A stretch of DNA of 64,000 nt from Antedon mediterranea (Eukaryota; Animalia; Echinodermata): assembly GCF_964355755.1 (NCBI RefSeq), contig NC_092672.1, forward strand, positions 34,168,437 through 34,232,436. Direction: 5' to 3'. Below are positions 60,869-64,000 of this stretch, one piece after another (the first letter of the stretch is position 1; each line of letters opens with the position of its first letter). A program made the position numbers and the translations under genes. The notes under the pieces are model-generated. The model searched no databases. It saw only the letters and a program-made list of their open reading frames with translations, and was not told where the DNA came from.

Positions 60869-63563
60869 TTTAAAATTAAGAGATCCTATTTGTTGTAACA
60901 AAGAACCTATTATCATAAAGGAAATAAATTATCAATATAATTATGAATTTACAAAATGATAATGACTATGTTTTGCACACAACATAAATTTGGTAATTTA
61001 ATATTTATTTCCTTGCCTGGTTGTAACAATTTGAAAACAAGCAAAGTACATTTCGATTTTATTTATTAAATCCATAAGATAAAAAAAAAGTTTTAAAATT
61101 CTTGGAAGCAGGTATACTGTAGGAAGTTTGTGAGCCATGACTAAGACATTTAGGATTAAAACTAACCATGATTTAAACAAACCATGATTTAAACAAATAT
61201 TATTCTCATACTTCAAACATCTGCCAAAATTGAGAATAAGTATATATTATCTTTGAATAATCTATACAAATTATGATATATAATATATGAATAATAAATG
61301 GATTTAAGATGTCAAAATAGAGAGTGTGATAAATGCACATTTTTATTTGAAAACTAGTTTAGTTCAAACGTTGGATTTAAATAACATCTTTTGTCAATCT
61401 TTAGAAATCTTTTTTTTTTATTTAATTTTAAAATAAATTAAATAGTTTCCTAGATAGTTTCCTCAATCCTTTATCAAATTACAATACATGTTTATTTACA
61501 AAAGATTATTTGAAAACGTTACTGTAATTTTCAAATTAAATTTTACATAGTTTCCTTATTCTATCAAATTACTGTACTTCAATTTCTTAAAGCTCTGTCT
61601 ACACTGTCAAACTAGTTTGACAAAAAAGTGTGATGTTCCCAAATATGGTAGTGATATGCTTAAATATGGTAGTGATATATGACATCATCATGTCCATATA
61701 TGGGCAAATCACATGTTTTTGTCACATAAGGTTTGATAGTTTAGATATAGCTCTAGTCTTAATACAAAAACAGTGGTTTTAATTCAATTTTTAAGTACTG
61801 TTTTAAAAATGTTCACTATATCTTATTATTGTATGTATTCCACCAATTAAAATTATTATAGATATTTTATCTTATTTGAGTTCATCCCACTTTTATTCCC
61901 ATACATATGTTCCTATCTCTTTACATATTTTTCTATAAACATTTCCATTTCAACACACTATACATAATTTTAAATGAAATTATTATATTAACATTGAACA
62001 TACTGTAGAGAAATTTGTCTCCATGTGTTTTGAATTGTTTATTGTTAATCAAATTGATTTTTCTTATCTGCTTATTAGAATGCCTAACACTAGCCACATA
62101 AAAATATAATAGCCTAAATTCTATTCAATTTCTCTTATGCACAAAACTAGCAAAACGCACAAACACCCATCCATCGCACCTGGAAAGATACCTCAATAAT
62201 TCCACAATGAAATAATATTCTCCTATACTAGGCCTACTGTATGTGTGGGTAAGATAGACATTTTAGCACAGTTTTCAGCATACAACATAATTTTTTATTC
62301 AAATTTTGCAAAAATTCTTTGAGTGGGATAAAATAACAGGACCATATGTAAACAGGTGTAATATCTATACCTGATGTGTTTTATCCTGTATAATAAATAT
62401 GTTTTAAATTTTTTTAAATAAAAAAATAAACCAACATACAAAATCCTATATAATTTTTAAAAGCACAGTTTTTCAGCATACAACCTTATATACAACATAA
62501 CTTTGTTATTAAAATTTTGCAAAATTTCTTCAATGAATGATATAATAAACAATTTTATGCACAAAAATGAGCCAAACAAAACTGACTTTGGCACTGTAAG
62601 ATCAATGTAACCAATGAAGGATAATAAATCATTAACACTGAAAATAGCAATGAAGTATATAATCCAAGTTATTAGGAGCCAGTATGATCAATATGTATAC
62701 AATTTGCAAATTGGTTAGCTGAAGCTGAACACTCCTGCGACGTGCATCAAGGGAAAGAAGTAAGGTCTCGCAATTACTATTTTAAATTTGAATTTAATGC
62801 AGAGAAAACAACATATAAATATGTCAGTTAATCAGCTGAAATGTAGCATAGAATTTTTCAAAAATTTACCAAAAATGTTGACTATTCAAAATCAAACGCA
62901 GAAAATGACACAGAAATATTTTAGTTCGTTGCATTGATTAATATACTGTACTGTATGACTTGTGTGCTTTATATTTTTCCCATATACATAAAGCAATTGC
63001 ATATTTGTCAATTGTATGTGAATTGTGAGAAAACTCAGAATGGCATTCAAATAATGAATTTAAATGAACAAATAAAAGGCCACGAACATTTTGGGTGTGC
63101 GAAAATAACGGCAACTAAAATTAAAAGAATTAATTTGTATGCAACATGTATGTAATACTTTATTTCAAACAATTTAACTGCAAAAATATAATACTAATGC
63201 ATTTACAGTAGAGCTGTGAAAATAACATTACATTATTAATTATCTATCAAAGTTATTGCAAATGCAGAAGAATGATACTGTAGCTTAAAATCCAACATAA
63301 ATCAATGAGGAAGAAGATGTTAATAGCATAGTCCTTGAAATGAGAATCCAAAAAATTAATTCTCAGTTTACAGTCATGTAAAATATTGGCGACTAATTTA
63401 TTAATATTCCAATTTTCCGTAAAATGAATTATTCATAAATGTCACCATAAAAAAAAAGTGATATGATACAGGATTAATTTTTTTAGTTAAATTAGTATAT
63501 ACAGTATTAGTTTATTTACTAGCCGGTATACCATGTGCTAGTAGCCTAAATCAAAATTACAAG

Positions 63564-63773
63564 ATGACAGAAGTAAAAGTAAAACGACCCGTAGGAAGAC
63601 CAAGAAATAACTGGATGAATCAAATAAAGAAAGACTTACAAGGACTAGTAGACACTAACACAATAACAAACCATCCTGCCATAAACAGAAAAAAATGGAA
63701 ACAAATTGTGGAAAACGTTAGCAACAAGATGACAGAAAAACAGACTACACTACACTATAAAAGCTGGTTGTAA
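63564..63773 (+). mobile_element. 3' fragment of an RTE-clade LINE ORF
   Basis: Translation KRPVGRPRNNWMNQIKKDL...NRKKWKQIV matches the GRP..W...I..DL...R..W C-terminal signature of RTE-type retrotransposons. Confidence 0.7.
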
Positions 63774-63801
63774 TATAGAAATGATGGTCGGCCTTTCTTT
63801 A

Positions 63802-63987
63802 AGCTCTGTCTAATAGTGTAGACAGAGCTTAATAAAGAAAGTATTAAACTAGTTTGACAAAAAAAGTGTGATGTGCCCAAATATGGTAGTGATATACCTA
63901 AATATGGTAGTGGTATGACATCATCATGTCCATATATGGGCACATCACATGTTTTTGTCACATAAGTTTGATAGTGTAGACAGAGCT
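63802..63987. mobile_element. Dominant Harbinger-type MITE with a rearranged left end
   Basis: TTA...TTA flanks; an inverted copy of the left terminus plus flank is inserted at 63813-63840. Confidence 0.85.
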
Positions 63988-64000
63988 TTACACATATTTT

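Overview
AT-rich, intron-rich eukaryotic DNA from an invertebrate animal. Deu-domain and CORE-domain SINEs and vertebrate-like intron positions suggest an invertebrate deuterostome such as an echinoderm (inference). Five complete spliced genes were assembled by hand with phase-consistent GT-AG junctions: ACOX3 (+, 1514-8992, 14 exons, ends in PTS1 -AKL); a SEPT2-subgroup septin closest to SEPT4/5 (-, core 12029-18135, five candidate alternative first exons out to 29248); a SEC14L2-like CRAL-TRIO/GOLD protein with an extra ~190-aa acidic tail (-, 31284-39749); an LRRC74B-like LRR/EF-hand gene (+, 40542-51423, two candidate last exons); and an INPP5K/SKIP-like 5-phosphatase with a SKICH domain (-, 54200-60868). 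Introns are dense with non-autonomous elements: ~25 copies of one PIF/Harbinger-type MITE, other Harbinger-, Kolobok-, TcMar- and hAT-like MITEs, tRNA-derived SINEs, LINE 3' fragments and minisatellites. The best leads are tandem copies of exon-end plus splice donor in two genes, a LIR-like motif holding the only aromatic residue of the SEC14 tail, and the multi-promoter septin. I see no prokaryotic system, CRISPR array or intact transposase. All calls come from reading by eye with no database search, and repeat boundaries are approximate.
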